DNA of 64,000 nucleotides, from assembly GCA_038137215.1 (NCBI GenBank), contig JAYQBG010000003.1:77792-141791 (forward strand), in the 5' to 3' direction. Position 1 is the stretch's first letter. Every line of letters starts with the position of its first letter. Below are positions 50,057 through 58,540 of the stretch, piece by piece. The notes beneath the pieces are model-generated. The model saw nothing but the letters and a program-made list of their open reading frames with translations. It had not been told where the DNA came from and did no database searches. The position numbers and the translations under genes are program-made. This DNA is from Alphaproteobacteria bacterium (lineage in GTDB: Bacteria > Pseudomonadota > Alphaproteobacteria > UBA6615).

Positions 50057-51034
50057 ATGACCGATATTCAGCTTGCCCGGTTTTCGAACGTTCACTCCCA
50101 GGGCGAACGCCTCGCCGCCGAAATGGGTGTGCCGCTGGGCGCCTATCAGAAGATGACCGCCGAGGAACTTTTCCTCGTCATGTCGTCACCGGCCCTGGGC
50201 GGCCCCTTCGCCACGGACCCGGGGATCTCGGTGGATCAGGGCCTGATTGCGGCTATCGTCAAGTGCTCCCCGGGCCAGGGGCCCTACCTGCACGCCCACT
50301 ACAACACGCTGGAAAGCTTTATCTGCCTGCAGGGACAGTTCCACATCAACTGGGGTGACGAGGGTGAACACGAAGCCCTGCTCGATACGTTCGACACCAT
50401 CGCCGTGCCGCGCGGTGTGGTGCGCAGCTTCACCAGCGCCTCGAAAGTGGGAGATGCCTACATTCTGGCCTTCATCCGCGGCGACACCCCGGAAGACTTC
50501 GCCGATGTCGCCATGACCACCGCCGCGGCGGAGGACCTCGACACCAGCTTCGGGTCCGGAACGGCGGAAAAGATCAAGGAGATCGGCTGGCGCTTCGACG
50601 CCGGGATCGAAACTCCCAACGTGCAGGTCAGTCCCGCGGAAATGGAAACCCACATAGCCCGGTTTGCCGATCTGGAACCAACCTCACGCAACGGTGTGGA
50701 ACGATTCGCGGTCATGCACCCGGATTCCACCCGGGCTGCCATCAGCGGCGATCCGGGAGAACTCGCGCAGATCTTCCGCCTGTCGAAAGACGGCGCAATC
50801 TCTCCCTATGTCCGCACGCTTACCAAGGAAACCCTGATGTGCCTGACAGGAAACGTCACCCTGCAGTTGGGCGATGACGCAGGAGAACAGCATGAACTGG
50901 AACCCTGGGACGCCGTGTCCATGGCACCGGGTGTGGCCCGCAGCTTCCGCAATGCTGGAGAGACACCGGCGATGCTGCTGTCGCTGGTTATCGGCAACGA
51001 GGACGAAGTCTTTGACGACGTGAGCGAGGTCTAG
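50057..51034 (+). CDS. Bicupin protein
   Basis: Domain 1 PGQGPYLHAHYNTLESF...VPRGVVRSF; domain 2 IARFADL...KETLMC...APGVARSF. Confidence 0.83.
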   Translation: MTDIQLARFSNVHSQGERLAAEMGVPLGAYQKMTAEELFLVMSSPALGGPFATDPGISVDQGLIAAIVKCSPGQGPYLHAHYNTLESFICLQGQFHINWGDEGEHEALLDTFDTIAVPRGVVRSFTSASKVGDAYILAFIRGDTPEDFADVAMTTAAAEDLDTSFGSGTAEKIKEIGWRFDAGIETPNVQVSPAEMETHIARFADLEPTSRNGVERFAVMHPDSTRAAISGDPGELAQIFRLSKDGAISPYVRTLTKETLMCLTGNVTLQLGDDAGEQHELEPWDAVSMAPGVARSFRNAGETPAMLLSLVIGNEDEVFDDVSEV

Positions 51035-51067
51035 AGCAGGATCGTTTCAGGTAGAGACGACTCTGCT
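51031..51067. repeat. Short hairpin (CTAGAGCA-type repeat or terminator-like) at the bicupin stop
   Basis: AGCAGGATCGTTTC...GAGACGACTCTGCT imperfect inverted repeat. Confidence 0.4.
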
Positions 51068-51095
51068 TGCGCCTCGGCGCCTCGATCACATCATC

Positions 51096-51189
51096 TCGTC
51101 ATGCCCGCGAAGGCGGGCATCCAAAGACACCTTGCTTCAGCAAGGCAGCCGCCCGTGCTTATGGGTTCCCGCCTTCGCGGGAACGGCGA
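51096..51189. repeat. REP-type palindrome (GTCATGCCCGCGAAGGCGGGCATCCA...TGGGTTCCCGCCTTCGCGGGAA)
   Basis: Two inverted hairpin arms between convergent genes. Confidence 0.8.
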
Positions 51190-51243
51190 AACGCGCGGTG
51201 GACGGATCTGCGGCAAAACCGATTCCACTCACAAGGTCATGCT

Positions 51244-52422
51244 CTAGGCGCCTTCGGTGACGTCGCGCGCCGCGACAGGCTCTGCCGGGATTCCTGTCGG
51301 ATTGGCTTTCCAGTAGTCCGCATAACAATCGAGCGTCGCATACGGCATCGTCATGCCCGGATTGAAGGGCACAACCGGTTCCTCAGCGGCGATTTTTCTG
51401 GGCCAATTGTAGTCGGCCAGCGCAGCTTTGCCGATCGCGACGAAATCACCCTCCTCGCGGGTCAGAGCTTCCTCTGCGTGTTCGGGTTGCGCCAGTTTGC
51501 CGTTCGCCATGACGGGCAGCCCTGAATATTCCCGGGCCAGACCCGACAGGCTGTGTTCTGTGCCAAAGATAGGGGCCAGACCGAGATGCGAACTGCAGTC
51601 GATAAAATCGATCCCGGTTTTCGCCAGCGATGAGAACACCACCTTCGCATCGTCGTTGCCGCCCGGCCATGCGTACTCGAAATCGTTGACCTTGGTCTGG
51701 GAAATGCGCACGCCGACCGGCTTATCCGGCACCGCGTCGCGCACGGCCTGCATCACCTCACAGTGATAGCGAATCCGGTTCTCGACGGGCCCACCGTATT
51801 CATCGGTTCGCAGGTTGGTGTAGGTGGTCAGAAACTCGTCGGGGAGGTAGCCGTTCGCGCCGTGCACCTCCACACCGTCAAAGCCGATCTCAATGGCGCG
51901 CCGGGCGGCATCAGCATAACTCTGAACGACTTCGGCCATCTCATCACGGGTGATCTCGCGCGGGGTCTGGAACCCACCGGCACCACCCCGATAGCGCGGA
52001 ATCTGCTCGCCCTTGGGCGTTACAACGGAGGGTGCAATCGAGCCTTCGACCCAGCGATTGCCCTGATTGATCGCACCGCAGTGGAAAAGCTGCATAAAGA
52101 TCGGCACACCTTCGGCGTGTACACCGTCCACAACCTTACGCCAGGAGTCCCGCTGTTCATCGGTCGCGATTCCCGGCTGGAAGGAATAGCCCTGACTGTA
52201 TTTGAGGTCGATATAGACACCCTCTGTCATCACCAGCCCCCAGCCACCACGTGCGTAAGACGCGTAGTACTCCGCCATCTGATCAGTGACGATTCCATCT
52301 TCGGTCGCACTGGCACGCGTCAGCGGAGAGACCACAGCACGGTTCCGGGTCTTGACCCCCCGGATCTCTCCGTCCTCAAACAACTTCGGATACTTGCCGA
52401 CACCTGGTCCACTCAATGACAT
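51244..52422 (-). CDS. NADH:flavin oxidoreductase (Old Yellow Enzyme family)
   Basis: NRAVVSPLTR, MQLFH, FDGVEVHGANGYL, NLRTDEYGG. Confidence 0.92.
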   Translation of the reverse strand: MSLSGPGVGKYPKLFEDGEIRGVKTRNRAVVSPLTRASATEDGIVTDQMAEYYASYARGGWGLVMTEGVYIDLKYSQGYSFQPGIATDEQRDSWRKVVDGVHAEGVPIFMQLFHCGAINQGNRWVEGSIAPSVVTPKGEQIPRYRGGAGGFQTPREITRDEMAEVVQSYADAARRAIEIGFDGVEVHGANGYLPDEFLTTYTNLRTDEYGGPVENRIRYHCEVMQAVRDAVPDKPVGVRISQTKVNDFEYAWPGGNDDAKVVFSSLAKTGIDFIDCSSHLGLAPIFGTEHSLSGLAREYSGLPVMANGKLAQPEHAEEALTREEGDFVAIGKAALADYNWPRKIAAEEPVVPFNPGMTMPYATLDCYADYWKANPTGIPAEPVAARDVTEGA

Positions 52423-52472
52423 GTTACGTCTCCCAACAATCAGAACTTCAGAAATGAAATAGGCGCGGCGCG

Positions 52473-53315
52473 CTACTTCTTAATCGGCACACCTACAAGA
52501 CTGCCCCATTCGGTCCAAGAGCCGTCATAGCTGCGGACATTTTCATAGCCGAGCAGTTCGGTCATGGTGAAATAGGCGAGCGTCGCGCGATGGCTCAGGC
52601 GGCAGTAGGAAATCACATTCTTGTCCGGGGTCGCGCCGCGCGCTTCGAGCAAAGCTCGTAGCTCGGGTTCACTCTTGAACGTCATGTCGTCGTTGAGGAA
52701 CTCATCGAAAAAGAGATGCTTGGCCCCCGGAATTCGTCCCGCCCGCTCGGCCCCGATATCGGGCGCACCGATCATGTTGACGCGCTCACCACGATACTCC
52801 TCGGGCGAGCGATGATCGAGCAGCACGGTCTTGCCACCCGCGGCCACATCGTCAAGCAGCTCGAGAATTTCCGAGAAGCGCACACGCATGCTCTGATCGG
52901 CTTCCGGTCCGGTTTTATAAACCACCGGCGTCGGCGACGGGACATCCGTCGATTGCGGGCGCCCTTCCTTTTCCCAGAGCACCCGTCCGCCATTAAGCAG
53001 GCGGACATCCCTGTGCCCCAGATGGGTGAAGACCCACCAGCCATAGGTTCCGAACTGCACCGGGTCGCCGTAACACACGACCGTGGTGTCGTTGGAAATG
53101 CCCAGGGCGCCACACCGCTTTGCGAAATCTTCCGGCGTCGGGAAGTTCCGCATGGTGTCGTCCCACAGGAAATCCTTCCAGAAAAACCCGTGGGCGCCGG
53201 GAATGTGCCACTTGTCGTAGGATTCCGTGCCCGTCCAGTTGAATTCCAGAATGACCACATTCGGATCGTCGAGATGTTCCTCGAGCCAGCTCGGCTCCAC
53301 CAGTCTGTCACTCAC
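52473..53315 (-). CDS. Tandem-rhodanese sulfurtransferase
   Basis: HIPGA, LLNGG, GRIPGA, YCRLSHRA, YDGSWTEW. Confidence 0.92.
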   Translation of the reverse strand: MSDRLVEPSWLEEHLDDPNVVILEFNWTGTESYDKWHIPGAHGFFWKDFLWDDTMRNFPTPEDFAKRCGALGISNDTTVVCYGDPVQFGTYGWWVFTHLGHRDVRLLNGGRVLWEKEGRPQSTDVPSPTPVVYKTGPEADQSMRVRFSEILELLDDVAAGGKTVLLDHRSPEEYRGERVNMIGAPDIGAERAGRIPGAKHLFFDEFLNDDMTFKSEPELRALLEARGATPDKNVISYCRLSHRATLAYFTMTELLGYENVRSYDGSWTEWGSLVGVPIKK

Positions 53316-53419
53316 GTTCTCTCCCCCGGCTGCGCCATCGCAGTGTTAAACTTGGCAGGGATGTAACCGTGCCAGGCTGCGAAAATCAATCGGCACTCGC
53401 AAGATATCGGAGAGGGCGC

Positions 53420-54322
53420 GTGAAGTTCGAAACCATCGGAAACGTCAGCATGGGTGATATGGGCCATGCCGTCGGACGTACGTTGCGTACGGGCGGACAC
53501 CGGGTCATCACGGCATTGGACGAGCGCAGCGCACGAACGCGCGCATTGGCAGAGAACGCACAGGTAGAAGATGTCGGCAGCCTGACCGCCCTCGTGACGC
53601 AAGCAGATTTGATCCTTTCGATCATGCCGCCGGCCGCGGCGTCGGGATTCGCCGAAACCATTGCTGCCGAAATACAGCAAACCAGTACTGCGCCGGTCTT
53701 CGTCGATTGCAATGCGATTGCCCCCGGCACCGCGCAAACCATCGCCAGCACGATCACGGACGCCGGTTCCGGTTTTGTCGATTGCGGCATCATCGGTGCA
53801 CCGCCGGGTCGTCGGGCACCCACCCGGTTTTATATCAGCGGGCCGGATGCCGCAGGTCTGGAAGCTCTTTCACGACCCAACCTGTTGTTCCGGAATATCG
53901 GTCCGGGGATCGGCGCCGCCTCGGGGATCAAGATGTGCTACGCGGCGCTGACCAAGGGCACCATGACCCTCGACACGCTGGTCTTGCTGGGGGCACGACA
54001 AATGGGGCTGTCCGAGCCGCTTCTGGCGGAGTTTACCGAAAGCCAGCTCGCGGCACTGGCCCGGATGGAAAACAGTGTGCCGTGGCTGGCCGCCGATGCC
54101 GAACGCTGGATCGGTGAAATGAAAGAGATTGCGAAGACCTTTGGCGAAGCCGGTCTGACGGAGAACATGCATCAGGGCGCGGCTTCAGTCTTTGCGCTTC
54201 TGGCAAATTCCGATCTGGCCTCGGAAACCCGGGAAACAGCGGACAAAACGCGCGACCTCGAGACTGCGATCGAGGCCTTCGCCGCTAGCCTTTCCGCTTC
54301 TTCCCGCGACGCGGCGAATTAG
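53420..54322 (+). CDS. NAD(P)-dependent oxidoreductase with DUF1932
   Basis: GDMGHAVG, FVDCNAIAP, DCGIIGAPP, ASGIKMCYAALTKG, RWIGEMKEI. Confidence 0.85.
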   Translation: MKFETIGNVSMGDMGHAVGRTLRTGGHRVITALDERSARTRALAENAQVEDVGSLTALVTQADLILSIMPPAAASGFAETIAAEIQQTSTAPVFVDCNAIAPGTAQTIASTITDAGSGFVDCGIIGAPPGRRAPTRFYISGPDAAGLEALSRPNLLFRNIGPGIGAASGIKMCYAALTKGTMTLDTLVLLGARQMGLSEPLLAEFTESQLAALARMENSVPWLAADAERWIGEMKEIAKTFGEAGLTENMHQGAASVFALLANSDLASETRETADKTRDLETAIEAFAASLSASSRDAAN

Positions 54323-54788
54323 CCGGGGTCGCAGGTTTCGGCGCACCGGAACGTGTCTTGCCAACCGCGCGGCCCTGCCGGCGCAGATGCTTGACCAGCG
54401 CCTTCATTTCGCGCCGTTCGAACTGCAATTCTTCTTCGCGCTCCGGGTTGCCGCGCGCCTCCTTGAGAAGCTCATCGAGCTGGCTGACCACGTTCTCCGC
54501 CGTCCGCGTCACTTCGTTGAGCTGGGTGCGGTCGCGACATCTTAGAACAACCTCCTGATTCATCATCAGGTCTGAAAAGGCTTCGGCATCGGTCTTGCCA
54601 AGGCGTTCGAGCGTACGATCGATTTCCGTCCAGGAACCACGCCACTCCTGGTAAATCGACGGACCGCGAGACCGACCGCGCACCTTGGCGACCGTTTCCA
54701 GTTGCACCATCACGCGGACGAATTGCCAGACGACCAGCCGGATTTCCGTGCCCCCCGCCGCCGGAGGCCTGGTACGTGCGTCATTCAT
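54285..54788 (-). CDS. Hypothetical helical protein with basic C-terminal tail
   Basis: ATG overlaps the SprT stop; typical codon usage; 167 aa. Confidence 0.65.
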   Translation of the reverse strand: MNDARTRPPAAGGTEIRLVVWQFVRVMVQLETVAKVRGRSRGPSIYQEWRGSWTEIDRTLERLGKTDAEAFSDLMMNQEVVLRCRDRTQLNEVTRTAENVVSQLDELLKEARGNPEREEELQFERREMKALVKHLRRQGRAVGKTRSGAPKPATPANSPRRGKKRKG

Positions 54789-55323
54789 TGGGGATTTCCT
54801 CGCGCAGGCGTCCATTCCGGGGGCCGCAATCAGCGCAGTAACAGTCGATGATCCGGCGTGGCGGCCGGCGTACATAGTGATAAGCCTGGTCGCAGCCACT
54901 GCAGCGCCAGATGATCTTGGCGTTGGCCTCGCGCGAGAGATACGGGATCCGATGGCGCACATTGGGCACTTCGCCCAACAGCCGCATCATTTTACGCCAG
55001 CGCGCACCGTGACGGCAGGGCCGGTTGTGGGCCAAGTCTGCCAGCACATGGGCACATTCGTGGAGAAAGGTCGAATCCCGGTCACCCTCACGGCCCTGTT
55101 CGAGTAATCGGGCGTTCAATACGATGCGCCGCTCCTTGGCATAGGCCGCCCCGGCCAGCGTGCGCGCCCGCCGGCTGACAACCACCGCACAGTCCAGCAT
55201 CTCCCGGAACGCCGGTCCGTAATCGGCAGCGCGGTACAGACGGGCAGCCAGCCCCCAGTTCTCGGCGATTTCACGCACGGTGCCGATGCGCTGGTGCCCC
55301 CGAACAAGTGTCTTAGCGGACAA
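54781..55323 (-). CDS. SprT-like zinc metalloprotease
   Basis: RTLAGAA, LNARLL, FLHECAH, HGARW, C-terminal CSGC...CADC zinc ribbon. Confidence 0.87.
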   Translation of the reverse strand: MSAKTLVRGHQRIGTVREIAENWGLAARLYRAADYGPAFREMLDCAVVVSRRARTLAGAAYAKERRIVLNARLLEQGREGDRDSTFLHECAHVLADLAHNRPCRHGARWRKMMRLLGEVPNVRHRIPYLSREANAKIIWRCSGCDQAYHYVRRPPRRIIDCYCADCGPRNGRLREEIPNE

Positions 55324-55819
55324 TCGAAATCACCCTTCCAGCCTGTTTCGGTCGCGGCAGTGTACCATGTGCGGCGGCAATCCGGTCGAGTTGTGCCAAC
55401 ACGTCCTCGGGCATGGGTGCCGAGCGGCGTGTTTCCATATCCACGTGCAGGCTTACCAGTTCGTTCGTGGAGGCCAGATAGCCTTCCTCGGCGTGATACA
55501 TGAAATGCATGTAGTGCAGACGCTTGGCATCGTGGGCAAGAAGCTGGGTCTCAAACCGCATCGGTGCATCGACCATCATTTCCCGGTCATAGGTGATGTG
55601 GCCTTCCAGTGTGAAGGTCGATCCCGCCTGCGCCTTCATATAGGCCTCCCCCAGGCCGATGAAATCGAAAAACGCATCGGTCGCGTGGTCGAACGCCAGC
55701 ATGTAGTAGGCCAGGTTCATATGGCCGTTATAGTCGATCCAGTCCGGCTGGACGCGCTCAGTGTGCAGCGCGAGCGGCGAGGCAATATTCGGCAGTCCGT
55801 GGGTCGGGTTCTCGGTCAT
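55313..55819 (-). CDS. Thioesterase (4HBT-like hotdog fold)
   Basis: WIDYNGHMNLAYY...FDHATD. Confidence 0.9.
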   Translation of the reverse strand: MTENPTHGLPNIASPLALHTERVQPDWIDYNGHMNLAYYMLAFDHATDAFFDFIGLGEAYMKAQAGSTFTLEGHITYDREMMVDAPMRFETQLLAHDAKRLHYMHFMYHAEEGYLASTNELVSLHVDMETRRSAPMPEDVLAQLDRIAAAHGTLPRPKQAGRVISIVR

Positions 55820-55870
55820 GGGCGCGAGCATAATGCGTGGCCGGCGCTTCGCAAATGGTCTCGCGTGTGA

Positions 55871-57241
55871 TCACCCGGAAGGGGATCGCGGATGTATCCG
55901 CAACCGCCGTGACATATCCGACTGGAACCGCGCCTCGGGATCGACCTTCGCCAGAATTTCGCGAAACGCATCGAGACCGGGGAACATGCGCACAAAGCTT
56001 TCTGCGCGCATCAGTGCATCCTTAGCGACGTAAAGCCGCCCGCCGTGGTCGAGCACAATGCGTTCAATGTCTGTATGAACCTTCTCGATTCCCGCGCGGC
56101 GCGGCAAATCGATGGCATAGGCCATGCCGTGCATCGGAAAGGACAGCAGGCCGTCCCCCGGGCCCCGCATCGGTTTCATCACGGCAGCGAAAGACCCGGC
56201 GCGGGCTGCGGTCAGGGTCTCCATCACCGCGCGAATACCCGCACGCTGGCTTTCCTTCGGAAATCCGGTGTGGATCGAATAGAAGCCACGCCGCCCATAG
56301 ATACGGTTGAAGCCGGGCATGCTGTCTAGCGGGAAGAAAAACGGACCGAGGCCGAGCCGCGCGCTGCGTCCCTCGGAGGGCAGTGCGTTGAACCGGAGGT
56401 TGGTCAGCCATTTCAGCACCAGCGGATGCAGGGCTGCCGAAGGCGGCTGAAACCGGACCGGTTTGACCCGTGGCGGCGGAGCCGTGCCGCGGTCATCCGG
56501 GGCAAAGTTTCCCAGTTCCAGAATGCCCCGGCCCATCTCCCGGCCGCGCGCCATGGCATCCACCCAACCGAACAGAAATTCATGGGTCCCGCGTGCGGCT
56601 TCGATCGTGTCGATCATCTGGTCCAGATCGGCGATACGGCGATACTCGGCATCCGCGGCCCCGGAGGGAACCGGCATCAAACGGAAGGCCACCCGCAGGA
56701 TCGTTCCGGTCAGCCCGATTCCGCCGAGACTCGCGCGGAAAATTTCGCCGTTCTCGTCCCGGGACGCACGAATTACCTCTCCGTTCGTCAGCATCAAATC
56801 AATCCAATTTACATGGTGTCCGAAACTTCCGACCACATGATGGTTCTTGGAGTGAATATCGTTGGCGAATGCGCCCCCCACCGTCACATGCGCGGTGGCC
56901 GCCGAGACGGGAAAGCAAAACCGGTCCGTGGCAAAACGCGCCAGAAGGGCGGCGAAGGTCACCCCGGACTCGCACACCACTTCAGCGGTTTCCGGATCGA
57001 ACGAAAGAATGCGGTTCAGATTCTCTGTCAGGATCGTCTGCCCGCCGTCATCGAGCGAGGCATCGCCGTAGCATCGCCCTCCGCCGTAGGAAATGATGCC
57101 ACGCGGATGAAACGCGCTGATGGCATCGCGCACCCCGGCTTCGTCCCGTGGCGCAAGCGCAGCGGCCCGGGCGTATCGCGACCGTCCCCAGGTCGTTAGT
57201 GTTGTGTCCGTCCAGTCGGTCATGCGGGCTGGCCTATTCAT
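55871..57241 (-). CDS. FAD-binding oxidoreductase (DprE1-like)
   Basis: GGGRCYGDAS, VTVGGAFANDIHSKNHH, FFFPLD, LSFPM, GGRLYVAKD. Confidence 0.87.
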   Translation of the reverse strand: MNRPARMTDWTDTTLTTWGRSRYARAAALAPRDEAGVRDAISAFHPRGIISYGGGRCYGDASLDDGGQTILTENLNRILSFDPETAEVVCESGVTFAALLARFATDRFCFPVSAATAHVTVGGAFANDIHSKNHHVVGSFGHHVNWIDLMLTNGEVIRASRDENGEIFRASLGGIGLTGTILRVAFRLMPVPSGAADAEYRRIADLDQMIDTIEAARGTHEFLFGWVDAMARGREMGRGILELGNFAPDDRGTAPPPRVKPVRFQPPSAALHPLVLKWLTNLRFNALPSEGRSARLGLGPFFFPLDSMPGFNRIYGRRGFYSIHTGFPKESQRAGIRAVMETLTAARAGSFAAVMKPMRGPGDGLLSFPMHGMAYAIDLPRRAGIEKVHTDIERIVLDHGGRLYVAKDALMRAESFVRMFPGLDAFREILAKVDPEARFQSDMSRRLRIHPRSPSG

Positions 57242-57465
57242 GCCGGGAAATCACGGGGTAGTTTACGAGGATACCGGCTGCGCGCACAGGTCCGCCGTTG
57301 ACACCCTGCAACTGCGACAGCGCCACCCGCCAGGAATGGTGCCGGCGCAAATCGTCGAAAGCCGGTTTCGGGTGTTCATCCACAAATCCTGTCACCGCTT
57401 TAAGGCTTTGTTGACGTGATCAGCCAATCCTAGCACGCGACTGAGACAAACCCCGTCGGGGCCTT

Positions 57466-57690
57466 ATGCTTCCCAATGCACGATATGACGCCGGACCGCA
57501 CGAATCCCGAACGCGGCAAACATACGAAGATCAGGAGTTCGCGATCCTGTTCCGGGAAATGCAAGTCATGCTTGACCGCATTGCCGATTGCTGGCGCACC
57601 GACTTATCCGCAAATGCGGCATGCGTGGCGATGATCGCGTCAGACGTCGCACGATCCGGGCTCGAGACGAATTCGGTGACCGCGGACGGA
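57466..57690 (+). pseudogene. Possible N-terminal fragment of a hypothetical gene truncated at a deletion junction
   Basis: ORF 57466..57750 reads protein-like for ~75 aa, then runs into the antisense strand of the aldolase fragment. Confidence 0.3.
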
Positions 57691-57923
57691 CCCGGCGGAA
57701 CGCGGACGAGTGGCGCAATCCCCGCATCCAGCCCGGCCACGGAGACATGAGCGCAGGACTCGATCCCCAGATTGCCGTGCTCAAGGTCGATGAACAGCCA
57801 GTCGAACCCGCCCACCGCCATGGTGCGGGCAATCGCGGGCGAGTTGGTGATGCGGATACCGATACCGAGCGACAGCTCGCCGGCCTGCAGACGCGCGAGC
57901 GCGGAATTGGTGAGTTCGGTCAT
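57690..57923 (-). pseudogene. Truncated HpcH/HpaI aldolase (N-terminal ~78 aa only)
   Basis: GFDWLFIDLEHG...AGIAPLVRVP, after which similarity stops; no LDxGA, IET or GPxDL motifs. Confidence 0.75.
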
Positions 57924-57984
57924 GTCGGATGCCCCCTGTTTCGCCGGTCAGCGTTTCGGCCAGCATGCACCCGATGACGCCCAC

Positions 57985-58008
57985 AAAAAAGCGCCGCGAA
58001 ACGGCGCT
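57985..58008 (-). terminator. Rho-independent terminator downstream of tRNA-Glu
   Basis: On -: AGCGCCG-TTTCG-CGGCGCT followed by a T run. Confidence 0.8.
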
Positions 58009-58019
58009 CTTTGAAAACG

Positions 58020-58095
58020 TGGCATCCCGTAGGGGAGTCGAACCCCTGTTTCCGGCGTGAGAGGCCAGCGTCCTAGGCCACTAGACGAACGGGAC
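58020..58095 (-). tRNA. tRNA-Glu (anticodon CTC)
   Basis: GTCCCGTTCGTCTAGTGGCCTAGGACGCTGGCCTCTCACGCCGGAAACAGGGGTTCGACTCCCCTACGGGATGCCA; 76 nt, T-loop GTTCGA, encoded CCA. Confidence 0.96.
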
Positions 58096-58122
58096 ATCGT
58101 GGCTGCATCGAACAGAAACGGC

Positions 58123-58151
58123 GATATAGACCAAGCCGGGATGGTGATCAA
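58123..58151 (-). promoter_or_regulatory. Sigma70-type promoter for tRNA-Glu
   Basis: TTGATC-N17-TATATC on -, ~27 nt upstream of the tRNA. Confidence 0.55.
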
Positions 58152-58178
58152 GCGCCACGCACCGAGCATTCCCCGCGC

Positions 58179-58505
58179 CTAAGGCCGGATTTCAGCCAGG
58201 GTTTCACCGGTGGCGAGGTCGAACACCCAGACCCGCATGCATGTTTCGCGCAGACCCGCGGGCCCATCGGTCACGATCGTCAGCCGGTTTCCGCTGCTTT
58301 GGGCGTTGCGGAATTCGCATCCCTCGGGCAGGTCGAGGGCGCGCGCGCGCAGACCGGCAGCCACACCGCCTGCCGCATCCCCGGCCACCGCACCGTTGCT
58401 ATCCGGGCCCGCGAGCCCGACAATGCCGTACACCACGGCTGCGAAGACGATGAGTATGAGAACCGCAAGACCGATCACCAATGCCCGTAGCGCGCCAATG
58501 TTCAT
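58179..58505 (-). CDS. Small single-TM hypothetical protein divergent from rluD
   Basis: ALRALVIGLAVLILI TM helix; LDLPEG...VFDLATG. Confidence 0.75.
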   Translation of the reverse strand: MNIGALRALVIGLAVLILIVFAAVVYGIVGLAGPDSNGAVAGDAAGGVAAGLRARALDLPEGCEFRNAQSSGNRLTIVTDGPAGLRETCMRVWVFDLATGETLAEIRP

Positions 58506-58540
58506 GAACCCCTCCCAAAACCGACCGGTAGTCTAGAATT

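Noticed and set aside
57241-58095. Intact integrative element at tRNA-Glu
   Set aside because: No integrase, and no direct repeat of the tRNA 3' end found beyond a short chance match near 43820
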